A DNA stretch of 56,526 bases, counting the filler, from Sphacelaria rigidula (Eukaryota): assembly GCA_964200075.2 (NCBI GenBank). It is 3 parts of 3 records of this genome, joined end to end, with 100 filler letters (N's around TTAATTAATTAA, not from the genome) between each part and the next. Parts side by side here need not be neighbours in the genome. Positions count along the whole stretch, not along the records: positions 18,887 to 37,656 come from CAXNAA020000794.1; positions 37,757 to 56,526 come from CAXNAA020000795.1; 1 more part is not named here. The stretch is one strand, 5' to 3'. Shown here in pieces: positions 37,300-51,129 of the stretch. How positions within the stretch are numbered: the first letter of the stretch is position 1; each line of letters starts with the position of its first letter. The notes beneath the pieces were generated by a model that was not told the origin of the DNA, did not search any database, and saw only the letters and a list, made by a program, of their open reading frames with translations. The translations under genes and the position numbers were made by a program.

Positions 37300-37656
37300 A
37301 CTCAGTCAGCGCTGACTGAGTGGCTCAGCAGCCATTTTGAATTCTCAACAGATACTCCAGACACTCTGGAGCTGTGAGTGCTGCAAACCTTGCAGAGTTC
37401 AAGACTACCTGGAACATTGAACATTACGTACGTGAGCACCTGGTATACCACCAACATGAGGCCGTGTCTTCCAGATACGAAAAAAAGCACGAGCGAACAG
37501 AAGCGAGCAAAAAGGGGCGAAGAAAAGGAGCATGCTAATTGGTCGCTACAATAATCTCCCCCCCCAAGGGCCTAAGATATGTTGAGACGGTCATACTCTG
37601 AGGCCTGACATATGTTGAGACTAGAGGGGCAGACGTCCTTGGAAGAGAGGTCTCCA

Positions 37657-37756
37657 NNNNNNNNNNNNNNNNNNNNNNNNNNNNNNNNNNNNNNNNNNNN
37701 TTAATTAATTAANNNNNNNNNNNNNNNNNNNNNNNNNNNNNNNNNNNNNNNNNNNN
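37657..37756. other. Assembly gap with an artificial linker
   Basis: N-run + TTAATTAATTAA + N-run. Confidence 0.95.
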
Positions 37757-37997
37757 TCCGTGCAAGACAGATATGCCACTTCAGCCCCATATTTTGTATG
37801 AACCCCAAAATATAAAATCGGCTGTTAATACTTGATCTACTCAAGCTGCCCGAGTTTTGGGTACTCCAAGAGTATGATTAATCGAAACGCCCACATGTGG
37901 GAAAAAACCTCACGAGGAGCCAACACATTTTCCCTTGCAAACCTAGATCTGGTTTTCTTCGCTGCGTAGAGGAAAGTGCTGTTGTATTAGGCTCACC

Positions 37998-38104
37998 TCA
38001 ACCCCTAGACAACGAGAAGAGTAGGTCATGTGTGGAATCGGCATCAGTTTAAGTAAAAAAAGGTATGCGTGGTCCAGAAAGACTACCCTCGCGGCTCTAG
38101 AGCC
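37998..38104. mobile_element. Degenerate piggyBac-like MITE
   Basis: TCAACCCCTAGAC...GAATCGGCATCA...TCCAGAAAGACTA..CTCGCGG matches the 31901 copy. Confidence 0.6.
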
Positions 38105-40370
38105 ACCCCTGACGCCAATGGCTGGTTTGTCGACAGTGTCTCGACTTCAACCTATATTTTGGTATCCAACGGTGGCTTAGATACTCTCCAACATCCAAAA
38201 AAAGAAAAAGCGCTATGGAGAGGCGGTAGCGGCTCTGCGGTTCATGGTTCCTCCGCGCGGGAAAGTCTGAAAGCACGACTAATGTCCTATTTAGCACATT
38301 TTCGCGTATTGTGCGATTACCTGCGTGTTGGAACGTCCCAGAACCCAATACTTGGTGTGCACGTCATGCGTGTACCTGACGTCACTATCGAAACAAAAAA
38401 GCACACTCATGTCCATATGCGGGACAAAAAGCACACATCGCCGGGGTTCAGGACCGTCGATTTCGGGGCAATTTTTCGTGTATTTTTACTTTATGCGTGC
38501 CCCGTGCACGGCAGGCGACGAAAAATCAACAGTTTGATACATGGATTGACTGTTGTGTGGACATGTGAAGACTCCCGAAAAAAAACGTGGGTTTTGGTGC
38601 CAGTTTGCTCACTGTATGGGGGTTCAAACATGGGCACACGCTCCTGATTTCGCCCGCGCCGCACTTACAGTATATTTGTTTTAGCCGGGTCAAAACTGCT
38701 GTAGGACCGACTGTTGTACCCTCTTCACATCCGCTCTTCAGGTGGCGAGTGCTGTACGGTGCTAGAACAGCCTTCTCGGCCGCCGTAGGTGTCGTGTGCT
38801 CGCTCCTGTCAGTGTTTCGGGCCGCCTGGACCACGCTCAAGTCTACAAGTCGTGTCACCTCTTGATTCGTTCTTAGCAGCACGATCGACGCCAAACCATT
38901 ATTAGCCTGCACGGCCAGATCAAGTGATTGTGACTGCCGTAGCTCGTGAGTGACGAGGTCGATCGGCACGCTGAAAAGCGCAAACGAAAGCTAGAGATGT
39001 AGGCTCACCATCGCGAACGAACAAAAGAGGAGTTCCATGTGGTGAGCATCATCTTGTAACCGTTTTCTCTGTGCTTAATATGACACTGGGCCTAATAGGG
39101 CACTTTCCTCTAGGTCATTGTTGAGGTAAGAACTCCATGGCTTCATCAAAATGTCGTGGATGGTCGACACGGGCGGGAGGATGCTGATCCAATCCGCGGT
39201 ACCGAAGAGTAGCGGGCGTTCCGTGAGGGATGATTTTATCCCTCAAGACCATGAAGTCATCCCGAGGGAAGGGAGGAACTGAAATATATCAGAATCAAAT
39301 CAAGAGACATCTGGTGCTACAACTGAAGTCATCAGGCCAGAATACTGGAGGTGCAACGGTTCATAGCAGTAATTCCGCTTTAAAATGGAGATACCATATT
39401 ATGGTTGACTGAGTGTATATAGGTGGAACTTGCGCGGACTCTGCTGCGTCATGCCTTTTGCACAGCTTCACGCAGAGTTGAGGAGACCAAAGAGCAGAGA
39501 CTTATAACTGGCGTCCCGCGTTTAGCGATAATTTTTCGACACTCTCATGACATCTCCCAAGTCCCGCTCGATTTTTGTACCCGACATGTGGGAGTTCAAG
39601 ACCCGTGAGTGCTCGCTGTTACAGCGGTTAAATGTCTAATTTGGGACCAAGATAAAGGTTACGCAAATTGCGTCATGTCCACATGGGAGATGCCCGGGGC
39701 GCAAACCCCGCAAGCCTCCCTGTTGAAACACTCCAACCTCCATTTCCAATCGATCATGCGGGGACTCAACCCCCGCTATTTGGTCCCCGAAGCTGGCATT
39801 TGACCATTCAGCGAGTAAAAAAAAGGAGGACGGGGAGTGTACTCATGATCATGGTTGCCATAGTCATACGACCCTTGACCTCGCATCCCCACAAGGCTGG
39901 GACGGGGCACGCCAGGTTTTTGCCGGGGAGGGGGGGGGGGAAGGCGACGTCAAAAGGTGCGGTGACGACCGATATCTGGGAATATCGTCATGTGACACGG
40001 CCACATCAAAGAGGAGTCCGATATGTACCTATATCGTCATGTGACACGCCCAGTGAAATTCAGAACAGCACCCACTCAAAGTACCGGGTTGTCCTGCAGC
40101 AACATCTCTCGACAAGGTATGTTTTCGTTTTTTTTTCGCCTCTGCTTCATCACTTGCCACCACACAGCTGCCGTTCACCTGCTTCAACTCCCAACAACCA
40201 TGAACCCTCTCTGGATGAAGAGAGGAAGCCTACAGCCACACCAGGAGAGCGGACTACAAACAGAAGCAAAATGCCCTTTACTTTGCTGCTGCTGCCTTTC
40301 CACCGCTACAACTGTCTTGCCAGACTGAACTCATCAGAGCGTAATTTTTCAAAGCAAAAAAGCAAGCTCC

Positions 40371-41418
40371 TTAGAAGGCCGCATCGGCGATGGTGACCTC
40401 AACCTCCACTCCGGGCTCGATCGAGATCGACGTGATTTCCTTGACAATCTCAGAAGGAGAGTGCAGGTCCAAGATGCGCTTGTGGATACGCATCTCGAAG
40501 CGGTCCCAGGTGTTGGTTCCTTCTCCGCACGGCGACTTGCGCGTCACGATCTTCAGCTTCTTGGTGGGCAGGCGAACCGGGCCGGATACCTTCAGCTTCT
40601 TCTCCACGGCTCCCTTTTTCAAGTCCGCGCAGACTGAGAGGGGGGCGAGAGGGGAGACAACACGATTTACTCATGACCGTTGTGGGAACATTTCGCATTC
40701 TTTACAGGACGGTCTTTCTTACATTAAAATCAAGTCATTGACAGACACATGGGCTTAGACCGGAGTGGAGATGCCGGGTGTGCTATCCACCAGCCCGGTA
40801 CGGGCCAGTACAATGTACCGGCAGGAACGGCCCGGAAACCGGTACCATATCCAGCGTGGTTCAATCCAACTGAGCCAGAACGGCTCCGCGGCCCCATTTT
40901 GAAGACTTCAGAGTTGGGGCTTAGACAAGTTTTTCAGGTGGACTGCACACTGGGCAAGCGGCCCCATTTTGAGCAATCTTTAGTTGCACTGTTCCCGATT
41001 TTTCTTTTACTTCACCCAGTTTACTCTGCACGTAGCATGAAAGTTACCTTTCGACAGGTAAGTTGCTCACGTTGACAAAATCGCAGTCGGAGAGAAATCA
41101 GTCGCCCCCCACCCCCCCTTCATCTAGAGGAAGGGGACGTGCTAGAGGGGGAAATGCGGGACGTGAACAAAGGTGGAATGAAATCGTTCGATGCATTAGA
41201 CGGTAGGGAGAAATCGATGGCTATACTAGGAGATGGATGGTGGCCAGAGACGGCAAACCCAGTCGTGCTCGTAGACATGCATGAGAAATACATCACTCGT
41301 CGTGTCGTAACTCACCCTTCTCAAGGTTCTTCACGTTCTTGGAGGTGAGAGTGATGCGGATGCGGTGGATCCTCGCCTCCTCCTGGCCGAGGCCCTTGCC
41401 CTTCACGTAGGAAGACAT
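40371..41418 (-). CDS. RPS20: 40S ribosomal protein S20 (uS10), 121 aa, two coding exons
   Basis: Exon 41418-41316 ([34 protein letters not shown]) plus exon 40633-40371 ([57 protein letters not shown]...[13 protein letters not shown]). Total 366 nt, with a GT-AG phase-1 intron. Confidence 0.98.
41125..41258 (+). mobile_element. LINE-like fragment in the RPS20 intron, antisense to the gene
   Basis: [43 protein letters not shown], homologous to 36018-36100 and preceded by C-runs. Confidence 0.6.
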
Positions 41419-44400
41419 GATGACGAAAGAAGTGGGTCTTCACGGACGAGGTGCAGAAGTGTTCCTCCTGCAGTAACCTGTTCATCGTGTGCGAAACACG
41501 AGGCGCCCAGACAGAGACGTTGCACGCCGTAGAGTTATGGAGGGACAACAGGAAACGTGATTATTAGAGGTTGAAAAAAGAGGCATTCGCTGAATAATTA
41601 ATTATACTCCCTAGTCTCATGAGTTAGGGTAGCTATAAGCAATACACCATCAGGGTACAACCGTGCTGGTGAGGATAGTTTAATCGGGTTCGTTAGAAAG
41701 CCCAAGAGAAAAATAATGGGGATTTGTTCTTTCACCTCGAATGGGTCAAAATATATCTCACCTGCCCATTACACCATTCTAGCGATGGACTCGCCTCTCA
41801 GCCCACCGCCACCTCGCAAACGAGACGTCGAGATATCGGTTGGTGGCCGCCACGCAATGGCGGCAGAGATTGCGATGAGCATGCACTCGCGTGGGAAAGG
41901 CGTGACATACGGCCATTTTTGAGCCGACTGGCTTTTTTCGGCCGTTCGGCCGCATGATCAAGCAGACGATAAATACATACATGTTTTATACTCGAACAAC
42001 ACTCAAGATTTCAACAAAAATAAATCGAAAAACAGATCGTACACAGTCGAGGGCCCGTACAAGTTCAGGTACCCCAACTAACGAGACAAAAAAAGTGGTG
42101 CACAGATCTGTTCAGTGTGTTCGTTCCCTCCATTTTTCGGTTTCGCGTCCGGGTAATGAGATTTCGGCTTTTGATGGCAACGTTCCGGCATCTCCAGTGT
42201 CCGACTGTTGGACTGTAGATTTAGGGTTCCGCTTTGTACTAGTCTTGTCTTGAACGATTTCTGACCGGCTGCGGGGACCACCTCTGGGGTTGAACATGTG
42301 CTACAACTTCATGAAACCCTTCTCTCACGATATTATGGTTCGAACCCTGGTTCGTTTTACCCCTGGCCTGCCTGCCCTTCCTTCTATATTAGACATTTCT
42401 GAAGTCAATGAATCAAGCTGTCGAGGCAAAAATGAGTATTCAAGTAACCCACGAACTCCTTTTGATTTGTCCCGATCAGTTGCGGCGACGTCGCTTTTGA
42501 TCTCAACGGTCCGGACTTCGAAGACTCATGTTTTCCAAACTGTCGGCAGGCTCGTCTCGACAAGCCAAGCACTTTTTTTCAGCAGTATAAACTTCTTACA
42601 GACACAAAAGTTGGGGGAGCAAGCGCAATAGAAGGCGAATTTTTTCGCCAAAAAGGTCTTCGGTCACATTCCATCCACGCGGGAAAAAAGTGTTCGCGAA
42701 AATCTGTGTGCAAACATATTTGTATCCACAACGATCACGCACAGTCCAATTGTGGAGCACCATGTTCTTGACTCTACGCAAGCCACATCTGCGCACAGGT
42801 TCACAAACGGGACACATTTCAGCAGTGGCCGTTGGTACAACATCCATCCCTGCGCTAGTACAGGAAAAGGCGCGTCAAGGAAGCGCAACACCCAAGACTA
42901 CAGAGCCAGGAAAAAACCCGCGCAGACATCCACCGCTAGCCCTTGCTGATCCACATGCAGCAGTTTTGTTTGGCCGGAATTCCTGCAGTATTTTTTGGAG
43001 AAAGGGTAGCCGCGTGTGTCGACCTACCGAACAAGTTCGGCTGCTGACCTCCTTGTGTGTGTGTTTTGGGTGCGCGCATCACGACACAAAATGCTGTTAC
43101 TCATTGGACTTTGAACAGATATGACCGACGCGTGAAAACGCGTGCTCAGCGGATCAGCAGCTTCGACTTGAGCTCGTACTCTGCATGTCTTCTGATCTTC
43201 CCCGTGGCACAATTCGATTTGCCTGACCATTTCCTCCAAGTGTAGAACTCTTGGTCGCATTCACAACCGTAAATATTGCTGGGAAAATACACACCAGGTG
43301 TGGAGAAGGGCCAGGTGCCCGACCAGAGGTGTAGAGGTCTCAAGAAGGAGAAATATCCATCCACTTCAATATGACGGCGCACATCGCTGCAACTTGAAGG
43401 TAAAACTGTTTTCCTCTCCTCCACATACGAAATAACAAACTGTACTGTGGTCAGCTGCGAAGTGTCGAGAGTTCAAGGTGACATGTATCTTCGGCTGAGA
43501 TCGTATCTTCGGTTGCAGTCGGTTGTGCCGCGGCCGCAAAGCCCACAGTGGTGCTGCTGCACAAGTTGTGATGGTACAACAATGCATGTCGTACTGTAGG
43601 CGCGCAGTGTATGAGATGGCACGCAGACGAGGCCTCTAGCGCGCCGAAACGTCTGGTAGTGGTGTGCGAACCAGTTAGCAGTGGGTGGAGAAAGGTTGTA
43701 GGGTTTTCACAACATGCCTCATGCACATCGTGTCAAAAATCGTGGAAAACAAATCGAAATTGAACAGCATAACAGTGTTTCATTTCTTTGTGGGTCGTCC
43801 CGTCCATCTCGACGAAGGAACCGGTCCTTGACACGAATACGCGACGATACTGCTCAATTTTGGATTGTTTTCAATGAAATCTCGACATGATGTACAAGAC
43901 CAACGTGCGAGAACTCCGTTTCCTTTACGCTACATTTTTTTCTCCCCGTGAGTTGTTGGCGACTGAATAATTTACAACAGTTGTTTCGGGACTCAATCAT
44001 GGATAATTCAAGAGAAAAGGAAACATGAAGGGGAACGATGATGGGGTCATCGTGTCAACAGTTCATTGAAATCGACTAAAAATTGAGCAGTATAAATGCG
44101 TGTCAATATTCCTGTCCGCATCTTCGGCGGCCCAGCCTGTACTTGCATCAGGAGTCGGCGTCACGGAACTGCCGAATGCATACTTGTTCGTGCAATTTAC
44201 TGCCGTGGCGTATACCGACGATTCCCATTTGCTGTGCCAAGCACCACCACGCGACTCTACCGCGTGGGTCCTGCAGTGATGCAGCCCTTATCGTATCGCG
44301 ATGCGCTCTCACAGAAACATATACCATGGTGACGAACGATACAAATACATCACGATACAGATCCTTGCCATACCACACAAACACATTACAGTGACCTCGA

Positions 44401-45806
44401 TTTCTGAATCCCGCTGCCGTCGTAGACACCGCAAGTATCAAAACATGAATACTGCTAGTAACGGTTTCCCTCAATTGGCGTTGGGGTTTTTCGAACTATC
44501 GAAAAGATAGAAACCACAGATGAACCTGTACCGAGGTATGTATGTGTGCATCACGCTCGAAGTGTCGAACGACTTTTCGGGTCCAACAAACTCACAACAG
44601 CGGGTGGTTTGCACGGTGTTTGACAGGGGAAAATCTCGTTGTCCGTGTGTGACATATAGCGCAACGAGGGGACTACTGTGCCCCCTGATCATCGAGTGGC
44701 CATTACACGTGCCAGCGTTAATCGCCCAACAACCAGGCATCTGTGCCGTTTTGAAAGGGGCTGTTGTGCTGAACGTGTACACGAGGCGGTGTCGATCCAC
44801 GAAAGGTCAGCCGGGAAAAAAGTTTCTGTGCCGATGTATTTTTCAGAAAGTGGCGCTGGGTTGTGACGAGTTGCGATGCTTTCTACATCATCAGTGCCCA
44901 CGATCTTCTGGCCATCTCGTAGCTACAGGGAATACAACATGCGGCTGTCGGCCCTCTCTACAATCACCATGTGCCGTAGGGGTGGTATTCTCCGTTTTCG
45001 ACGGTCAACAGGCGTGCTGGTGCGCACGATCGTCCTATGGAACCGTAGAGAAGTATAGTGAAGCACACACGGTACAAGAAATATATGTTGTACTGCGGGA
45101 TACGCGGAGGTGCACCGATGGTACCTGCAGTCGCCAGAAGTACGGTGCGCTCCAACTCCCGTGGTTTGCATGGATGATGCCCATCGTATGTAACAAAAGT
45201 CGACCGCACTGCTGTCTTGTCTCGTGGGGACGTCTTGAAATTCACAGCACAAAACGAATCCTACCGAGACTTCAGCCACGAAGACAAACAATCGTCCCAG
45301 TCGGTGAACTCTATATGCTGACGTAATACACAGGCGCTTTACGGTGCATACGTTCCTACGCGGCCAAGACCAGTGTGCAGCCGTTACTGGACAGCTGCTG
45401 GCTGGATGGTTGCTGAAGCAAAGCAAAACCACAGGAAAACCGACGACTCAAAACTTTCCCAAACACAATCCAAAACTGCAATTACCGTCTCGACAGCAGT
45501 CAGAACATCAAAGCACAGTAGACTAGACTTGTTCATGCAATTGTTCACCTGATCCGGCTGGTGGTGCTGATGAGACGGCGGTGTGCTGGAGGCGACTGAT
45601 ACCCGCTAATCGCCACACACCCGTACACGGATTGCCTCGGAATACTTAGTTTGCATTTGCCATTAGACAAGGTTTCCCAAAAAACGCGTGTTTTGTGCAA
45701 GCGGGGGGGGGCGGCTCGCAAGCTCCGTGCTAGAGGAAAGCGCCAAGGCTGGTGCAGGAGGATCGTGCTTATTGGGCGGTGTGGTGGCGAAACAGAAGAG
45801 GAGGAG

Positions 45807-48800
45807 ATGAAGCCTAGAAAGAGAGAAAATGGCTCTGCTATATCTAGCGAAGAGGTCAACTTCCTGGTGTTTCGCTATCTGCAGGAGTCTGGTGAGGAAG
45901 ACTATAGTACCAAATGTAGTCATATTCAGCAGTCGGGTGCAGCAAGTAGAGCTGCCGTGCTGGGGGGCTTCTACGGCACGCCAACTGCACATGAGCCTCG
46001 TGCGTTCCATGCAGTACATATATGGGACCTATGTGTTACTTTTTTCTGTCCATTCTATAGTTTGACCACGGACGATCAGCCTCTAAAGGAGCGAGACGGC
46101 GATCAAACACGCAAGCGAGATGGATGCCCATACACCAAACACAGGAAAATGTCTGACCGTAACAAAACCAGCTCTCTGGAGCATTTTGAACCGACACATT
46201 TGGCATGCCGGGGTATCCCTGTTCGTGCACTTTTCCAACACTGCAACACAGGGTTCGCGCACTCTGCGTTCACCTTTGCATATGAGAGCCAAATCACCAA
46301 GTCAAGCGTGGCGGAAGCCCAGGTAAGTGATGATGTCGGCGAGTTTACTCTACCCAGTCGGAGTCTTTTCCCGATACTTTGAATTTGAAGTTGCCGCCTG
46401 TAGTTGTGCCTTAAAGCTCGCCGTAACTGTACCGCACGTGAAAATTGAATGCTGTTTGTTATATCTGTACCCTTCAGATATTACATTACACGCTCATGTG
46501 CTCTTGAATGTGCGGGGTCGACAGACAACTGGGTTGGATCAGCAGTCTGGAGAGGAGCGGCGGGGGGGGGGGGGGTGCGAGCGTGCACTGTATAGGCATC
46601 TTGTGTTGTGAGCGGCTTTATGCGGAGTGCATGGTCCTGCAGAAGCAGAGTCGACATGCGGTGTTGGTGTGAAGTCTGCCGTGCCGACATTGCAATATCA
46701 CACTTCGAAACCCAGGCACAAGCGTGTTTTACAGGACAGTACGCGTAGTGTGCAGATGCGTTGCAATGCCTCTGCGAAGAACGCATGGGCATTTGCCAAT
46801 CATCCACATTCGTGGAATTGAAGGCGTTCATAGGCTTGATATCTCCCCGATCATGCATCGATAGCCTGTGCACACCATGCATATCATGGGCATCGTACGA
46901 TACAATACTCCGTATGTAATTGCAGGCAAGAAATCTCTTCAACCACACACGAGACTTCGTTCTGAAAAGTAAAATTTGGCTTCTGTGTGTGGTTGGCCGG
47001 CGCGTCTTCCGTATCAGGTCGCTCCAGGTATGCTCATCACATTCCTGCAGAAGGGATTGGCCTACGTAGGCATCGAGGAACATCTTAATGAGGTGAGTTT
47101 TTATCTCTCCGTGCTACCATTACCCATTCGAGAATCCACTTGCTATGACCTGTTTGTAAAGCCGGGTCCCCTTGTGACAGACAAATGAAGAGTTTCGTTT
47201 TTTTTTTTCATTTTAGAGTCGGAGTGGAAGGAAATATAGCCGGTAACGGTGCACGTTCCAGTATGATTTATTTACGAGGGCGTTTTTTCAGCGTCAGAGT
47301 GCCGTTTGCACTTCTTCACGCTGAAAATCGTTGTGCCTCTTCATAGTTCATCGCGGAACAAAAAAGAACCACGCCCACCTTCACGACCATGGTCACAGCC
47401 ACCCCAAAATCAATATACCCCAACAAGCAAAGTGGGACATCCACCATATTTGTCATGCCCATCTCAATGGATCATTGACGACGTAGAAACGCTTGGCATC
47501 ACAACCAGAAGAATTCCCTGATGCCGCCATGGTATTAGCTTTCGGTTGGTTGTGTCGCGCGAAATTCAAATGCTGGCTGGGCGGGTACACAAGCCTTGGG
47601 TGCAGTTCCTCACTCTTGCCAGCTTCAGCTGGAAGAAGACGGTGTGAATGATTCGTAGTCTACAGCGCACAAGCAGTATGACACCTGGCTGAATTGATAT
47701 TCCTTTAGAGGTGATGACGTCTTGCACCACCGTTATGGGAGGCATCTTCAAAAATCATTACAAAGGCGGCTTTGTCTGTTTTTTGAAAGTGCTGCGTACT
47801 GTACTACTGTACAACTGACTACGGTATCGTTGTAGTTCACCGTACCGCAATGTACTGTTGTAGGGTTCTGCGTTACACTGTACTGCACTGTAATTTACAC
47901 TGCACAGCACTAAAGCACTAGAGTGCCTCTTAGTGCACCGTAGTGCATTGAAGTACTGCAAGTGCAGTGAAGCGTAGTGTACGGTGCGTGCGGGGCCGCA
48001 GGGTACGGTACAACATAGACTCGCTACTGCTATCGTACAATCACTACTGTGCACTGTGCTGACCTCTGCATTTTCGTACTGGACGCTGGTCGATCGCACA
48101 AGCGGCGACCAATCACTGCGACAAAAAAATCCACGTCAAGCCACGACATATCAGCTTCCGCGATGAACTTTTTAGCGTCCACTCTGAATTTTTAAAGCTT
48201 TCACTCTGGACTATGACTCTATCATGAAACCACACCCCGCGCAAACCTCCCCCTGTCCCCATNNNNNNNNNNTTTTCTTTTTCTCCTTCGTTTTCTCTTG
48301 TTTCTTACACTTCCCCCCCCCCCCCCCCCCCCCCCCGAAACTCTCTTTTGACAGCTTCAGCACGATGAGAAAGGACGTGAGAGCGTGAGTGTGTTTTTGC
48401 TGCGGTACAGTGTAACAGGACATGTTAAACGTTGTAGTCGTTCACCTGATTCTGAACATATCTTCGGTTTTGGGCGGGTGCCGAGTTCGAACGCTTGACC
48501 ATAATCGCAATTCACGTCGAGCTACCCCTATCTGTGTGCAGAACGTCTGGCTTGTGTTTCGAGCTTCGCTGGCTAATTTAATCAATTAAATTCTGTCCCG
48601 GTACATCTTCGGTTTTCCTGAAATCATGTAATTTGCTCGAGAAAATCGAGCTATTTTGAATCGCCTACGCTAATTATTCTGATTTTATATCCGCCGATAG
48701 TCCCGCGAGAATTTGGAAGATATAAGACCTGTAGGGGAAATTGGACACTCAATGGACGCGAAAAGCTGTCTCGAGCTACTTGTATTGCACACAAAAAGAA

Positions 48801-51098
48801 GAAAAAAGTTTGGGATCACCGGACCGTCCACCTTTCCTTTTCCACATAGTCCGGAGAGTCAGGGGGCAAGCTTTTTCGTTTACCCTCAGACGACGACCCC
48901 CCCGCAGTGGACTGAGAGGGACTGTGCCACGTTTGGGATTCAGAACAAGTAGTTTCTCGCTACATATATTTATATATATATATTCACTGTCATGTGGATG
49001 TTGGGCACCTACATAGAACATATATTCCAGGAGAACCCCTGACTGGTTTTGACCATGCAGTCTATTCTGTGCAGAGTCAGCATGCGTGCTGTATGTCTTC
49101 GCTGGTTACAATGGTATGAAACAGACAGCGTGCCATCGCTCTCCACTGAACGCAATCTACTGCATGCTGGTGATGTCTCTGCCTAGTTGTCCATAACACT
49201 ACAGACAGTGTGAAGCAATCCTGGCAACAAAGGAGGGGTCAAACAGGCCGCATAGACCACGAGCATAGTTAAAAAGCGCGTTGTTTGTGCTCCTGTGATC
49301 GATGGTTGAATCGCCGCGATCAAAATGAGAAATACTGCCAGACAGCAGCAAAGTAGTCCACCTTTAGGGGAACAAAGTGATCATTTCGATAACCGTGATT
49401 GGTCAGAATGGTCACTCCGCTCCTCTCGGGTCTCGTTCCTGGCTCTTTATTATCCGCGGGAAACTTTCGAACATGCAGGGTTGGCTTGGTGAGCTTTTCG
49501 GCTGTGCTGCAGACAGGCACCCACCCCACTGTCAAAAGTCACCCTCCCCGCCCCCTGTCAAGCCCCGGATGTCCCTGGACTGTCAGCCAGTGAAACTGTT
49601 CCGAGGCGACGCTCGCTGTCCTGGGGTATAGTCACCCCTTCAGGTTATATTTCGGCTGTATGTGTGCTGAGATAATTGTTTCTACATGCATGACGAAATG
49701 ACGACGTGTCTCGATGCCGCGATCGCTGCTACCATCTTGCTCCACTTTTGACGGCCGTGTGCAGTTGGCCATTGCTCATGCCACGACTAACTATGACATG
49801 CGATGGGTGCGCGGCAAACACCTTACTAACCTGGGCGTTGTCCCTCCACCGAAAACTACTGTTCCGAGCCCCAACCCAATAGCCCGTCCATGGAGCGACC
49901 GTCTTGGGATCCAGCTTCGGAAGGGGCTAACGACGAACGGATTGGAGGTCCTCATGAGCTTAACGCATGAATGCATACGCATGCGCGGAGTAGAGTCGTT
50001 AGGTTCCCTGGGCTTACACACGACGCGACAAGTACCTTTTCCGTTACGACAAGTACCTTCATGGGTTATGCTTTCATCGTGTGGGCGGTTACACGACATG
50101 AACAGTCAACCTCTGATAAATAGGCTTGAACCCACTGGGAGCCAGGTGCCAGACCTCCTTTCGGAACAGTGGTACCCGTCGGCCTTTTTATTGGGCGGTT
50201 ATGTCCGACGAATACCTGACTAGCTTCCCCTCCTGTCGCGAGCAGTCTTCGCCGTTCCCCAATCCGTGACTTAAGTTGGATGTTTTTAAACCCTTCGACC
50301 GCCAGGTTAGATAATCTGTTGGATCGGCATCATTTTCACTCGAGGAATTCCTGAATGCCCCAGGTGATCCACCCTTGGCTGTCAAAGGGCTAGCCAAAGC
50401 AGCTGATTTCACCATATTCAACAGCGGTAAATTTGGGGTGGTCTAGAGCACAAGGGGTTCATCTCTGGTCCTCGGGCATCATGTCGAAAGAATATCTTGC
50501 GACTGACTTCCGAAGGCGCCACGGCTGGTGTATCCGGGGCTGATGAGTTCATGTGCGAGAAAAATACACGCAAATGAACAGACAGGCAGAGAGGCCGACA
50601 ATTTCCGTTCATTCGGAACCGGCACTACACGCTAGCGTTGGCTGTTTCTTGTTTGTTGTTTTTGCATTTGCTTTTGCCATTGCAAATTCACTCCAATTGT
50701 TCCCCCTCTTTTTCGCCATATTTCCCCATTTTTTCTCCAGGGCTTTGGCAAAAGTCATTGGGGACGACGGCCGCATTTGCATCGTATACAAGCAACGTTT
50801 GTGCGCCACAATCTAATCAAGCATACCGATGACCGACCGAATCCATGGGGATACAGGCGTACCCGCAACATAACTAGGTCCTGCGTATCTCCAGACTCAC
50901 CGATCCAAAGATGAAATATGCGACCCATCAAGAAATTATGTTCAATTGATGGCGTAGTAGTAATGGCGGGAAGGTAGACGGTGACTGTAAAACACTTCAG
51001 TGCCCAGAAACTTCGAGCTTACCCTTGACGATTATTCACGAGCCGGGTGCCGTCTCATCATGTCGCCCTAAGCTCTTGTATTTATGTCGTCAATATGG

Positions 51099-51129
<31 letters not shown>

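Noticed and set aside
38669..38970. Exon-like minus-strand segment as a possible ZMYND12 5' exon
   Set aside because: The translation shows no ZMYND12-like features, and it lies across an artificial contig join.
44520..45326. 268-aa Cys-rich ORF
   Set aside because: No recognisable motif or convincing splice context; likely a chance ORF or TE debris.
47780..48070. CAGTA/TACTG-rich tracts (also at ~3690-3850, 5550-5620 and 52070-52230)
   Set aside because: Degenerate low-complexity sequence with no defined unit or termini.
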